64,000 bases of DNA from Escherichia coli (GTDB lineage Bacteria > Pseudomonadota > Gammaproteobacteria > Enterobacterales > Enterobacteriaceae): the NCBI RefSeq assembly GCF_011045215.1, contig NZ_CP049201.1; one strand, 5' to 3'. Both the position numbers and the translations under genes were made by a program. Below, one piece after another: positions 19,599-30,149 of this stretch. Position 1 is the first letter of the stretch. The number at the start of each line of letters is the position of its first letter. Under the pieces are notes generated by a model, which saw only the letters and a list, made by a program, of their open reading frames with translations, was not told where the DNA came from and searched no databases.

Positions 19599-20372
19599 AT
19601 GAATAAAGCTGAAGTTCTGGAAAAAGGTTATTGGATTGAAATCAGTATTGATGCATATGCACAAAAAGTTAAGGGTATATCACGAGATGACTACCCACCA
19701 TTACGTTGTATCTCATGCGAGAAACCTGTCCATGATAGCGGATTAGTCACTCCCAATCCTGATTATAGCCCCAGATTCTCTCATTCCGCTTCACCAGAAA
19801 ATAAAGAGTTCTGTCCCCTAAGCGCAAGATCTCAACGTTTTTCTGGTTTTTCAGGTAATGAACGCTCTGCTTCAGCAGAAATTGCAGTATCTCGCCGAAA
19901 TCAATTCATGCAATTTGATAACCTCTATCGGGCCTGGGTTGTTTGTAGAGCATTAAGGGGAGGTGAAGGGAAGCTTGATCAAAAATCATTCATTCGGATG
20001 GTCAGGATCGCGGATAGTTTTGGGATCTGGCATTATAGCTATATGCCTGACTGGGGAATCCCTCTTATGCTAATGTTAATGGATAACCACCCGACACCAA
20101 ATGGTAAATCAACTTTTTTCTATTCATTAAAAAAAGAACGTGTTCGAAAAGGTGTAAAATGGCAAGATCTAAATGTCAGACTTGAAGCACATTGGGTAAA
20201 TGGTGGTAACCGCATAGTTCCAAATAAAGATAAAAAAGCTTCATTCTTGCTCACCATTCCATTTGCTAAGTCTGTTATTGATGAAATACTGAGTAAAGAA
20301 AATCTGTCATGGTGCTCAAAAAACTCTCTACCAATATTGCATTCTTTTAGCATTAGAGCTTTAACCACTTAA
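19599..20372 (+). CDS. Hypothetical protein (257 aa) with an N-terminal CxxC pair
   Basis: AT-rich ORF with purine-rich sequence just upstream; CISCEKPVHD motif; no recognised family. Confidence 0.45.
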   Translation: MNKAEVLEKGYWIEISIDAYAQKVKGISRDDYPPLRCISCEKPVHDSGLVTPNPDYSPRFSHSASPENKEFCPLSARSQRFSGFSGNERSASAEIAVSRRNQFMQFDNLYRAWVVCRALRGGEGKLDQKSFIRMVRIADSFGIWHYSYMPDWGIPLMLMLMDNHPTPNGKSTFFYSLKKERVRKGVKWQDLNVRLEAHWVNGGNRIVPNKDKKASFLLTIPFAKSVIDEILSKENLSWCSKNSLPILHSFSIRALTT

Positions 20373-20662
20373 TTGAGGAAGTAATGATACAAGCTACAGT
20401 ATTGGTGACGAATCTATAGACAAGGAGATAAAAACCAAATATCAGAATTATTTTTGATAGTGCTGGTAAAGAAGCGGTGTTTGATATCAGCATGTTTATC
20501 GGAAAAAAGCTTACCTGGAGCTTTGAAAAATTGCAAAGCAGGGCCTGACAATGAAGGCCCTAATACTGTACTAAATGTTAACTCAGTACCAAATCACAAG
20601 GAAAAGTATTTTTTCTGGTAAGATTCTATATACATAATAAATCACCTTATAGTTACAATAGG

Positions 20663-21166
20663 TCAAAAACCGCTGTAGCCAAAGTTACGCTGGCCTGATG
20701 CTTTAGTGTCGAGCTTCGTCAAATAATCCAGACGTACCAATAAGCGCTGGTACTGCTCAGGGAAATCAGGATCGTTAATATCCAGGATGTAACGCCCATT
20801 AGTAGGGAAATGAACTAATCCCTGGTGATCTTCCAGTTCCAACCCTAAGGCACTGTACCAGGCTCCGGTAATTAACCCTCTCAGGGTGTCAGAGCGCTCA
20901 TAGTCTCCCAGGTGGTAATAGGCGTCTTTGTTAAACAACAGGCAGACGTGATAATGACATTTAAAGGACTGCGTATATTCTTTCGCCCAGATAATACAAA
21001 CCGACGTTGCGTAGGTGCGTTTGCCTTGTTGTTTTTTACGGTGTTGATCTGCATTAATTTTCGCATTCAGCGAGTTACGGAAACGAGATATTTCTCCGGG
21101 GGTCAGGTTAGGAAAACAGGTAATGGTATCCCCGTTGTCAATCACAGGAGGGTAATGGAGATCCAC
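20663..21166 (-). CDS. YfjJ/YagK-like (inovirus Gp2-type) prophage protein
   Basis: 167 aa; resembles the CP4-57 YfjJ family and the paralogue at 21739-22302. Confidence 0.5.
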   Translation of the reverse strand: MDLHYPPVIDNGDTITCFPNLTPGEISRFRNSLNAKINADQHRKKQQGKRTYATSVCIIWAKEYTQSFKCHYHVCLLFNKDAYYHLGDYERSDTLRGLITGAWYSALGLELEDHQGLVHFPTNGRYILDINDPDFPEQYQRLLVRLDYLTKLDTKASGQRNFGYSGF

Positions 21167-21280
21167 CCGTATTGCTGTTATTCTGGAAGTATTTTTAATA
21201 TTCGTATTGATAGTTCTCAGAGATATATCACACTCTAGATATTTTAATTAAGTATCAGTTCGATATCGGCATATTGTACA

Positions 21281-21644
21281 CTACCTCTGGTAGATGATGA
21301 GATCAGATACAGGGATCAACTGACGGTGAGCGCAGTCCCCACATTTTATCCAGGGCTTACTGCATATTCCCAACAGCCATTCGTTAGCCAGGTAGACGAA
21401 TACCCTTTCCGCTGGTTTTGCTTTCCCATCGAAGGGCCCATACATCATCACGCCCGCGAAACAGTCGACAAAATAACGCAACTTTCTCATCCGTGGATAA
21501 TACGAAAACGCACTGCACAGGGCTCTGCGGTTTACGTCGCCATTCAATCCCATGAGCTTCAAGTAATGAGACCAGCCGGGTATTTTCTGCCCGCAGTACT
21601 GCTAGTTCATCGCTGTCAGATTTATAAACCATATGCGTTATCAC
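21281..21644 (-). pseudogene. Fragmented gene remnant (two overlapping minus-strand frames)
   Basis: ORFs 21281-21562 and 21384-21644 lie in different frames and overlap; consistent with a frameshifted relic. Confidence 0.3.
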
Positions 21645-21738
21645 TTGTACCTGTCTCCCGGCGGCACCACGACTGAAATTCGTGTGAAGGCAAATCCACG
21701 CGATAACTTACGATAGTTCGGACATAAGCCCCCATAAT

Positions 21739-22302
21739 TCAGTTATGTCGTGGTCGGCCGCGGTTACTTTTTTCGGGAAGCCTGCTACGCCCCAGAATAA
21801 TACCGTGTTCTTTCTGATCCTGTTTCGCCAGATAGCTAAGGGCGTAACGTAAGTCGTCTACCGCAGATTTATCACTATAGTGAATTACATGATCGATACG
21901 CACCGGGTATTTATCTTTAGCCCGGCACAGGTGAAAATAACCCTCCCCTTCCGTGATCCGCCTCCAGATATCTCCCAGTTGCCTGGATATCTGATAAGAG
22001 TTCTTGTGACGTTGTCCATCCAGATAGCCGATAAAATGAATATGAAGCCCTTTGTCTGGTGTATATTCCATTACCCAGTAATATCCCGCCAACATCGTCT
22101 GGGTTTCGCTAAGTAAGCGGTACATTTCCATACACATACTGTGCTTACAGGAAAGACCAAAACTGGGCGTGTCTTTCCTGTAAGCAAAATCAATTCTGAA
22201 AGGTAACAGTTTAGAAAAACGTTGAAACAGACCTTCCATGTGTTCATTCACATCTTTCAGAATCGCGAAATTCATTTCGTAATTGGGATTGGCATTATAC
22301 AT
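21739..22302 (-). CDS. YfjJ/YagK-like (inovirus Gp2-type) prophage protein
   Basis: 187 aa; family resemblance to CP4-57 YfjJ; prophage gene context. Confidence 0.55.
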   Translation of the reverse strand: MYNANPNYEMNFAILKDVNEHMEGLFQRFSKLLPFRIDFAYRKDTPSFGLSCKHSMCMEMYRLLSETQTMLAGYYWVMEYTPDKGLHIHFIGYLDGQRHKNSYQISRQLGDIWRRITEGEGYFHLCRAKDKYPVRIDHVIHYSDKSAVDDLRYALSYLAKQDQKEHGIILGRSRLPEKSNRGRPRHN

Positions 22303-23240
22303 TTTATAGTCCTTACTTTATAAAACTGACAGGAAAGTGGAATTACATAAATACTGAGAGTACAGAAACGCCGTACCGCGGCATTAATAAAAGAGGTAAC
22401 CAGCAGCACAGACAACCTGATAAAACTGTTTCGTATTACCTCATTACAGTAATAGGGTAATGATTCAGAATACAGTAAGACTTTCTTAAACTGAGGACCA
22501 GAACGAATTACAATAAAAAACACACCTCATATAATTGAGTTTAAGAAAGCACCATTCAATTACTTACAGGATATAATCTGATCTTCACAAAAGTCAGTAC
22601 CGGGTAGCCACAGACAACATCGCTATTAATATTGCCGTACCATTAAGTAAAAACAGAGACTCTGCAGAGAGAGCCTACAGATATTTAACCTCACAATAAG
22701 AAGATTATTTCATACAGAAAATATTATATTTACCTATGCTTATAAACTGTAACGGAGCCATAACATACTCTAATAGTGTTCCGGTACGTAACCAGTGTTA
22801 AGTGCGTACAAGACAACATAACATAACAGATTTATGTTCCCAACATTACACCACATAATTCACCATACAGCTTCCCCCCATATGCTTCACTGCGTAGTGT
22901 ATGGAGATATATGTATTACACACATACAGAATACTTAGCATAGAGAGGAGTGACATTACGATAAAAGAGACAACATAACAGATCACATAACTCCCACTAA
23001 TAATACTAATTAACCTAAATTATTTATTGAACACGAAAACAATGAAGGCCCCACCTCACCTCAGACTAAAGCCGACAATATCCTGAGCAACACTCTATCC
23101 AATAGTAAATAGTGGTTACACCAGTTATATTTACTGACTGACCTGTACCAGAGTTTTCTAATACAACGCTGACATGGTAAAGACATTAGTCTCCTCCGCA
23201 AGTAGCAGAGGAGACTATATGTACTCAACGATTAAGTCGT

Positions 23241-24692
23241 TCAGAGGTCAAAGTTAGGTGCGACACACAACGTTTTTCCCTCAATAACCGGTACAACTCT
23301 GTTTTGTTCATACAGTAAATCCAGTAACCAGTTGATTTTATCCTTTTTCCGGAAACGGTTCGGGCCACGCTGTAAAATGTCATTTTTTTTCATACAGAGG
23401 ATCCCCTTCTCAATGCAATAGCTTTTTATCCAGTTGAAAAGTTCAAGCTCCTCTGGAATGAGTCGCACAGGTACGGTCAGGGCGGAGTTGTCAAAAGTTA
23501 ACGGATTAGACAACCGCACATACTCATTACCGTACCATATTGCTAATTCTCTCGCCATTTCTGCAGTGTAAGGGGAAATCTCCCCCTCTTCACCGCTCGA
23601 ATGGTAAATAAGTCCTGCCAGTCTTGCCATATACTCTGCATTTTTAGCAGCATATTCCCGGCAATGTCTTAAAGGCCCCAATCCCCCCAGCTTCGATTCC
23701 ACATCATTGTAATAATCCGTCCAGATTCTGGCAGCCTGAGGAGAAAAGTGAAGGCAACGTCGTTCACCACTCATCGCCAGACTTTCATCAATAAGCTCAT
23801 TGATCCTCTCTTCAAACAAATCCTGATACTGTGATGAATAATTATCTCCGGTTATTATCCTTGTCCCCTGCGTTGATGTTGGTTGACACATCAAAAACCT
23901 TGCATGATGTCCTGACGTTTTCACAAGTTCTTTTTTTCGCGTACAAAAACCTTTGTGGTAAACATCAGGCTGAATCATCACCGATATCGTCAGTCTTGGC
24001 TCCTTCAAATTAATTCCGGGAGATGATTTCCTGTCGATGAAAAGAGAACCTCCATCCCACAAAGTGTTAATAATTCCCAGTTTACTCATGGCCCGGCTGT
24101 CAAAAATTACCCCCCCTTCACTGGATACAAGAGCAAAAGAGCGATTGCTATCAGAGTAATATTTTAACATTCCCTCTATCGTTGTCTCATTAAAAATTGT
24201 TCGACGTATCTGCGGCGGAACAGGAGATTTATTCAGATGCGTTTCAAGCTCTGATTCTGTTGCCTTGTAATCTTTACCGGCACGAATCTCTTTATGAAAT
24301 TTTGATTCCAGCGCTTTTTGTTTTTGCTCCCATATTTCCTTTTCTGTACTGTAATTCTCAACCAGTTTCGCGTATTCTTCCGCCAGGGCTTCATCCCTGA
24401 GATAAAATGCTTTCATAAACACTTTATCCACGGTCGTTTTCCTTTCACCGGAATCAGCCAGAATCAGAGAGTAAAGATTAACAGGCCCATGTAAATTTCC
24501 AGGTCTGCACACGTCAATCTGATTCTGACAGGCAATTGAGATCGCTGTTAATGCGGATGTTGCCACCATAGCCAAAGGTGCCTGTGTATTTTTTTGAGTT
24601 TCAATTATTGCATTTCTCACCAGCGGTGGTAGTGCATATATCGGATAAGGATTTTCTGGTGCAAGTAAGCACATAAAAGCCTCTCTTTTCAT
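23241..24692 (-). CDS. DUF3987-domain protein (YfjI-like, primase C-terminal-like)
   Basis: 483 aa; sits downstream of alpA as yfjI does in CP4-57. Confidence 0.6.
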   Translation of the reverse strand: MKREAFMCLLAPENPYPIYALPPLVRNAIIETQKNTQAPLAMVATSALTAISIACQNQIDVCRPGNLHGPVNLYSLILADSGERKTTVDKVFMKAFYLRDEALAEEYAKLVENYSTEKEIWEQKQKALESKFHKEIRAGKDYKATESELETHLNKSPVPPQIRRTIFNETTIEGMLKYYSDSNRSFALVSSEGGVIFDSRAMSKLGIINTLWDGGSLFIDRKSSPGINLKEPRLTISVMIQPDVYHKGFCTRKKELVKTSGHHARFLMCQPTSTQGTRIITGDNYSSQYQDLFEERINELIDESLAMSGERRCLHFSPQAARIWTDYYNDVESKLGGLGPLRHCREYAAKNAEYMARLAGLIYHSSGEEGEISPYTAEMARELAIWYGNEYVRLSNPLTFDNSALTVPVRLIPEELELFNWIKSYCIEKGILCMKKNDILQRGPNRFRKKDKINWLLDLLYEQNRVVPVIEGKTLCVAPNFDL

Positions 24693-24892
24693 TAATGGGT
24701 TAGTAAAATAGCAGCAACTCCCGCTACAATAGCGAAAATAGCTGCTATTCAGACCTGATGCTCTGAGAAATACTGAGCATTTGTAGATCTGATGTTTAAT
24801 AAACCGATAAGGTTAATTCAGTGCAGACTGTATTATTTACCACGAAATATCATTCATATTTCTCATTCTTAATACCTCCAGAAATTATTTCA

Positions 24893-25090
24893 CTAATACC
24901 TTTCCCCCGGTCTTTTCCCTTTCTCCAGAACCATAGTGTAAATATTAACGGCCCCACGTAAATTTCCGGGGCTGCATACGTCAACCTGATTCTGACAGGC
25001 AATTGACATCGCTGTTAATACTGACATTGCAACCAGAGTCAGAGGTACTTGTTTATTGTATTGAGCTTTAATTATTGCCTTCCCTATCAT
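24893..25090 (-). pseudogene. Duplicated 5' fragment of the DUF3987 gene
   Basis: 65-aa ORF (…TLVAMSVLTAMSIACQNQVDVCSPGNLRGAVNIY…) paralogous to the N-terminus of the 483-aa protein (…LAMVATSALTAISIACQNQIDVCRPGNLHGPVNLY…); flanking DNA is also duplicated. Confidence 0.5.
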
Positions 25091-25316
25091 TGATGGTCAC
25101 GTATATACTGAATACGGCATATCCGGTTTGATGTAAGACATAAATGCTTCCTTTTTCGTAATACGTTTCGGTTATAGCAGCAATTACCGCTACAATAGCG
25201 ACAATAGCTGCTCTTTCAACAATGAATGCTGGAAATTCTGTTTATCAATTAAACTTCTGGCTAAATTGTTCTTATGCTTCTTTTTCCTCCTGAGGTGATC
25301 ACGTGATGACAAAAAC

Positions 25317-25625
25317 TTATCTGCTCATGGTCATATCTGAAGAAAGCGTATGTCGCACTTCGTCATTAACACCTTTGACTGCTGATCTGGCAGGTACAGT
25401 ATGTAAAGTAAGCCATTCGTCAATAGCTGATGAACGCCAGCCCACAGAACCACTACCAAGACGTACCGGCCTGGGGAAGGTTGCATCGTAGTATTTCGAT
25501 AACGGATTCATTTTTTCGTAAATTGTCGAACGAGATATACCTAACAATTGGCTCAGTTCAGGCATCCGTAAGATGCGTGAAGGAGTCCAGCAGTATCCGG
25601 ATTGATCTGGCATTTTATCCCCCAT
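25317..25625 (-). CDS. alpA: AlpA-family phage transcriptional regulator (HTH)
   Basis: ...RILRMPELSQLLGISRSTIYEKM... is the AlpA-type helix-turn-helix signature; start codon uncertain (25625, 25613 or 25697). Confidence 0.7.
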   Translation of the reverse strand: MGDKMPDQSGYCWTPSRILRMPELSQLLGISRSTIYEKMNPLSKYYDATFPRPVRLGSGSVGWRSSAIDEWLTLHTVPARSAVKGVNDEVRHTLSSDMTMSR

Positions 25626-25822
25626 AGTGTGGTGAACTGTCGTTACAGTTTGTATTCCCCGGGTAAATTTGTCTGCGTAAAAAAATGGGCTGAGCAAAAA
25701 GACAATAAATAATTAAAAATCAATACGATAGAAAACAACAGCATTATTGTTATTTTACTTTCTCCTTATCACTGTCGATTCTCATTATCATTCATTGGTA
25801 AAAAAACAGCAAAAGAGGCCCT

Positions 25823-26585
25823 GGTAATGACTCCAGTCAGTAGTACAGTGTTTTCGATAAATGAACCAATGGCTTTTCGTGAATTTCCAGGGAGCGTGAA
25901 AAGCAAATCGTTTTCCGGGCTGGTCGTTTGATGTGAGTACGAAGTGTCAGATTGTTGCGCTCAATGCGCCGGGTAAATATCTTGCCGACAAGATGCTTAT
26001 CCTGTGGCATTTCTCTGGTATAACTGCTCCGGTTGTCTCTGGTTATCATGCCTGTGGAGAATGGCTTCAGGAGTTCCGGCAACTCACGACATGTTTCATC
26101 AGTGCGAGGACCAAAAGTGTAAGCCAGCACACCTCCAGATTTGGTGTTATACGCATACCAGTGCCACTGCTGACGAGCTTTGTTTTCGACAAAACTCCAT
26201 TGTTCATCAAGTTCGCAGATAAGCGCCACATCGGCACTGACGTCTGGAGATGTGGTTACTTTGCGTGGTGAGCGTTTTATAAAGTGAGAATGACGGTGTT
26301 GATATCCACCTTCAGCGTTCTGGAGCTATCGCGAACCCGACTCCGTTATGAACCATTTCAACAATTTGCTCTTTGATGCCTGGTTTTCGGGTTTCGTAGA
26401 TGTAATTCAGTTGAAATACACACATTTGCAGGATTAGCACTGGAAACGCTCATGATCTGAGGTGCTGTGATCATAATGGTACACTTTATAGGAATTACAG
26501 CGGGGAGAATGTACTGTAACTGTTGCCATATGGTCTCCAGATACCAATAGAATATCACATTAATCTATCGTCAGAAGGCATCACC
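25823..26585 (-). mobile_element. IS1-family insertion sequence, divergent and degenerate (763 bp)
   Basis: Terminal sequence ggtaatgactcca at 25823 and gcatcacc at 26578-26585 match the IS1 inverted repeats; the 130-aa ORF 25837-26229 resembles the InsB C-terminus (MALICELDEQW...RIERHNL...); the InsA-like frame is interrupted. Confidence 0.6.
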
Positions 26586-26725
26586 GGGGCCTTCTGACAT
26601 AATCTGTTAATACGTGTACTATTACCCTGTTCAGAAAATATTGATTCAAAAATGAAAACCAGTTAACAGAAAAGCAAAATGATATAATGTTAAAATTTTA
26701 TATAGTGCAATAAAAGGAGAATGTT

Positions 26726-28543
26726 ATGTATAATTTTATCACTATAATGTATGATGTCTTTTCATGTTTTGGTGTTCTGGCTAAAAACCAGAATACCCGT
26801 GACATCCGAAATATTAAAAATTTTTCCTCACATCAACATTCACTGGGCGACATGTTTGATGAATTAATAAACATTATTGATAAAGAACAAGTATTGAGTA
26901 CAGAACAACGAAAAGTTATATTTAGGAGATATGAAGATCTCTATGTTAAGCTAATGCACTATTCTGTTTTTACAGACAAAACACATCAAATAATAAAACA
27001 AAAATATTTTAATGACATTGTACCAATGATTCTCGCACTCGACATCAGGAACACATATCGCCCGGATAATGAGATGGCATTTTACTATCATATTCATTCT
27101 TTTCTCACTCAGATACCGGATAATGAGGATGATATATATCATGCTGCAAGGACATATCTGCGAAATTACATTAAGTTATGTTTATCCGGATACACACCAG
27201 CGAATGCGCATTTCAAAGATATCTTTGATGGCGTATATGAATTCATTCGTAATATTCGCAAAAACAGTACACCAGGAAAAACAAAACTTACCGCAACTAT
27301 CAACACATGCAAAGAAACCTGTAAACATCTGCTTTATTTAAGTAATGAAGACAAGGAAAAAATAATTTCTGACTTAGATAAAATTCAAGTTGCATGTTAT
27401 TATCTCACCATATTACTGGCTTTCGAAAGACGAACTTCATTAACAAGCGCCCTGGCAACTTTATATAAAATGCTGATAAGCGAAAGAGAAGTTTCAGAAT
27501 ATGAATGCCAGTTATTATATTTAACCAACCCAATAGATGTAATGAATATACTGAACAAACACATATATTACTTTCCTAATGAGAACTCACCATTTTATAC
27601 ACTGAAAATTGACAGTGCATTATCGTGGGAGGCCATTGACGCAATACGAGACTATAGTATTTCTGATATTTATCTTTATCCTGAACAAAAAACAATAAAT
27701 TGTGTCGTTGAGATTGAAAACATTGTCTTTGGCGGTTACATTTATACATTGAACAACGGCGTCACATTACAAAACATAGAAAACACTTTAAAAGATTCTT
27801 CATGCCATTATGTCTTAAATGGCTATACAGAATTTGTTAACTGTTTGATACAACTTACTTCAGGAAAGACTGAAAGTGTTCATCGCACCATCAATAAACT
27901 GAACTATGAGAAATTACCTTTTGGATTTATCATTGCCGCGTTTGCTATACTAAAGATAGCATTTAAAATAAAATTCAGTAAAAATCATGTAAATATCCGA
28001 GCATTATTAAATGACATCAATTATTTTATGACTTATCAGGGCGAGTCCATTAACCTTATTTCACTGGATCACGAATACCCAGAGTCCTGTCTTCAAAATG
28101 ACACAAACACATATTTATTAGGAAGAGTAATATTTCTGTATAACTCAATGATTTATAAGTTCATAAACTGTCAGGAACATGAAACCAATAACATTCACTC
28201 AGCTATGATAAATAACCTATTACAGGAAGTTGATATAGCCCTTGGTAAAATAAATAACATTATAGACAGCAGAAATATATCAACCCCCCATGAACTAGCA
28301 AATATTCTTACCCGCGAAAAAATACTTACAACACGGGAAAAAAAAGGAAACCTGATAAGCCTGTTTGATGGATTCACTTTATTCCATTGTGTTGGAATGA
28401 TAACCTTTCTTATCCATTATCTCAGAACACCTGAAGAAAAAGTTGAAAATATATTTATGTTATATGGTGCAGATAAAAACAATAAACTACGCAGAAGACT
28501 GATTTATGACGCACTAGGAATAATTCAGTCTCAGCAGGAGTGA
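26726..28543 (+). CDS. Hypothetical 605-aa protein, strongly AT-rich, no recognised domain
   Basis: Long uninterrupted ORF in low-GC DNA with AGGAGA 7 nt upstream of the ATG; Asn/Ile/Tyr/Lys-rich; two short hydrophobic segments; no P-loop or nuclease motif recognised. Confidence 0.6.
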   Translation: MYNFITIMYDVFSCFGVLAKNQNTRDIRNIKNFSSHQHSLGDMFDELINIIDKEQVLSTEQRKVIFRRYEDLYVKLMHYSVFTDKTHQIIKQKYFNDIVPMILALDIRNTYRPDNEMAFYYHIHSFLTQIPDNEDDIYHAARTYLRNYIKLCLSGYTPANAHFKDIFDGVYEFIRNIRKNSTPGKTKLTATINTCKETCKHLLYLSNEDKEKIISDLDKIQVACYYLTILLAFERRTSLTSALATLYKMLISEREVSEYECQLLYLTNPIDVMNILNKHIYYFPNENSPFYTLKIDSALSWEAIDAIRDYSISDIYLYPEQKTINCVVEIENIVFGGYIYTLNNGVTLQNIENTLKDSSCHYVLNGYTEFVNCLIQLTSGKTESVHRTINKLNYEKLPFGFIIAAFAILKIAFKIKFSKNHVNIRALLNDINYFMTYQGESINLISLDHEYPESCLQNDTNTYLLGRVIFLYNSMIYKFINCQEHETNNIHSAMINNLLQEVDIALGKINNIIDSRNISTPHELANILTREKILTTREKKGNLISLFDGFTLFHCVGMITFLIHYLRTPEEKVENIFMLYGADKNNKLRRRLIYDALGIIQSQQE

Positions 28544-28730
28544 AACGTTAAAACAGGCAAATTGTTTTTTATAAACAGGAGATTGTTGAGTAATCCCCTG
28601 TTTATAAAAATACGCTTTCCTGACGATCTGATAATTATCAGCTCAATACATTTGACATAAAAGCGGTTCCTTAATTACTACTGCCACGATCACATATCAA
28701 ATCATGATCGTACAATATACATTTTCACTA

Positions 28731-29933
28731 TTATTTATTCACAATTTGAGACATCACATAATCCGCCCATGCCTGCATCATCGGTACACGCTGCTCCAGT
28801 AGATCAGTGCGATGATATGCCGCCTCAACCTTATTTTTCAGCGTATGAGCGAGCGCCCTTTCCGCCAGATCCCGCGAATACCCCTGTTCACTACACCAGT
28901 CCCTGAATGTTGAGCGAAAACCATGTGCCGTGGCAACTCGCCCCGGAATGTCACTGACGGCTTTCTTTTTACGCAGAAAACTTGTCAACACCATATCGGA
29001 AAGGATCTGCTGCTTTCTGGGTGAAGGGAACACCAGTTCATCATGCAGGCCACGTATATTTTCCAGAATGTAAATAGCCTGCCGGGATAAAGGAACACGA
29101 TGCTGTAGCCTAGCTTTCATTCTTTCTGCAGGTATAGTCCATACCCGCTTATGAAAATCAATTTCAGCCCAGCGCATTCCCCTGGCTTCGCCCGAGCGAG
29201 TTGCTGTAAGTATCACCATTAATAACAGTGCGCGGGTAACATTATAAGGTTCATCACTATACACACTGGTCGCCACAAAAAGCGGTAACTGCCTCCAGGG
29301 CATTGCGGGTTGGTGTTCATCACGTCCTCTTGTCTGCTGAGGAAGCAAATGGTCAACCACATCAACAGGATTTGCCACACAAAAACCGTGCGCCCATCCC
29401 CACTGCATAACAACATGAATGCGCTGTTTAACCCGGCTTGCCGTTTCTGACAAGGTTAACCAGACTGGACGCAATGTTTCTGCCACGTCCGCAGCCGTAA
29501 TCGAATCCAGCGTTTTTGCTCCCAGTTGAGGAAACGCGTAATTCTCAAGCGTCGATAACCACTGCCTTACATGCTTTGGATTTTCCCATCCAGGAGACAG
29601 TTCTGCATGTACACGCCTGGCTGCATCGGCAAATGTTGGGATAACGACTTTCTCAGATTCAGCCTTTTTAATCTCCAGAGGATCATCACCTGCAGCAAGT
29701 TGCTCTCGCATTATCCGGGCAGTACGTGCAGCTTCAGCAATACTGACCTCTGGGTAAGTTCCCAATCCAGCATTACGTCTTTTTTGTGTCACCGGACTTA
29801 CATAACGAAAAACCCATTTCCCCCGCCCCTTTACTGAAGAAGGATGAAGGGTCAGTCCGGTAATTCCCCCATGGGGCAATGGTTTGTCATCAGGTTTGAT
29901 ATGTCTTGCTTTCGTATCCGTCAATACTGCCAT
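28731..29933 (-). CDS. int: P4-type (tyrosine recombinase) phage integrase
   Basis: 400 aa; N-terminus MAVLTDTKARHIKP...; C-terminal catalytic region with HGFRST...; ends ...LAHT...AYHRTD...RVPMMQAWADYV, conserved in P4-family integrases. Confidence 0.9.
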   Translation of the reverse strand: MAVLTDTKARHIKPDDKPLPHGGITGLTLHPSSVKGRGKWVFRYVSPVTQKRRNAGLGTYPEVSIAEAARTARIMREQLAAGDDPLEIKKAESEKVVIPTFADAARRVHAELSPGWENPKHVRQWLSTLENYAFPQLGAKTLDSITAADVAETLRPVWLTLSETASRVKQRIHVVMQWGWAHGFCVANPVDVVDHLLPQQTRGRDEHQPAMPWRQLPLFVATSVYSDEPYNVTRALLLMVILTATRSGEARGMRWAEIDFHKRVWTIPAERMKARLQHRVPLSRQAIYILENIRGLHDELVFPSPRKQQILSDMVLTSFLRKKKAVSDIPGRVATAHGFRSTFRDWCSEQGYSRDLAERALAHTLKNKVEAAYHRTDLLEQRVPMMQAWADYVMSQIVNK

Positions 29934-30149
29934 ACGCTAATTCCCGTCACTCTGGTATGCCATCCAGTATGCCATTAGTCTCTCGCTTCACTAAGAATAC
30001 ATTAGATAATATCGGACAACAAAAAGTGTAATACATTGTTTATAATGAAATTATATAACACCCCTGGATTAAGTCAGATTTATTTCAGGCGGTCCCCCTC
30101 ACCGCCATATTTAAATAAATATCCTCCGGCATAGCCGGAGGTTTTTCAA

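Noticed and set aside
22272-22523. 83-aa minus-strand ORF at the edge of the ORF-free AT-rich segment
   Set aside because: Low-complexity AT-rich translation overlapping the 5' end of the YfjJ-like gene; no RBS; probably not coding.
26358-26558. 66-aa minus-strand ORF inside the IS1-like element
   Set aside because: It is in the wrong frame relative to the InsA-like zinc-finger reading frame (MATVTVHSPRC..., which is interrupted by a stop); counted as part of the degenerate IS1, not a gene.
28565-28612. Inverted repeat (ttataaacagg / cctgtttataa) between the convergent 605-aa gene and the integrase, considered as a bidirectional terminator
   Set aside because: On both strands the U-run would precede rather than follow the hairpin, so it does not fit a canonical intrinsic terminator; left unannotated.
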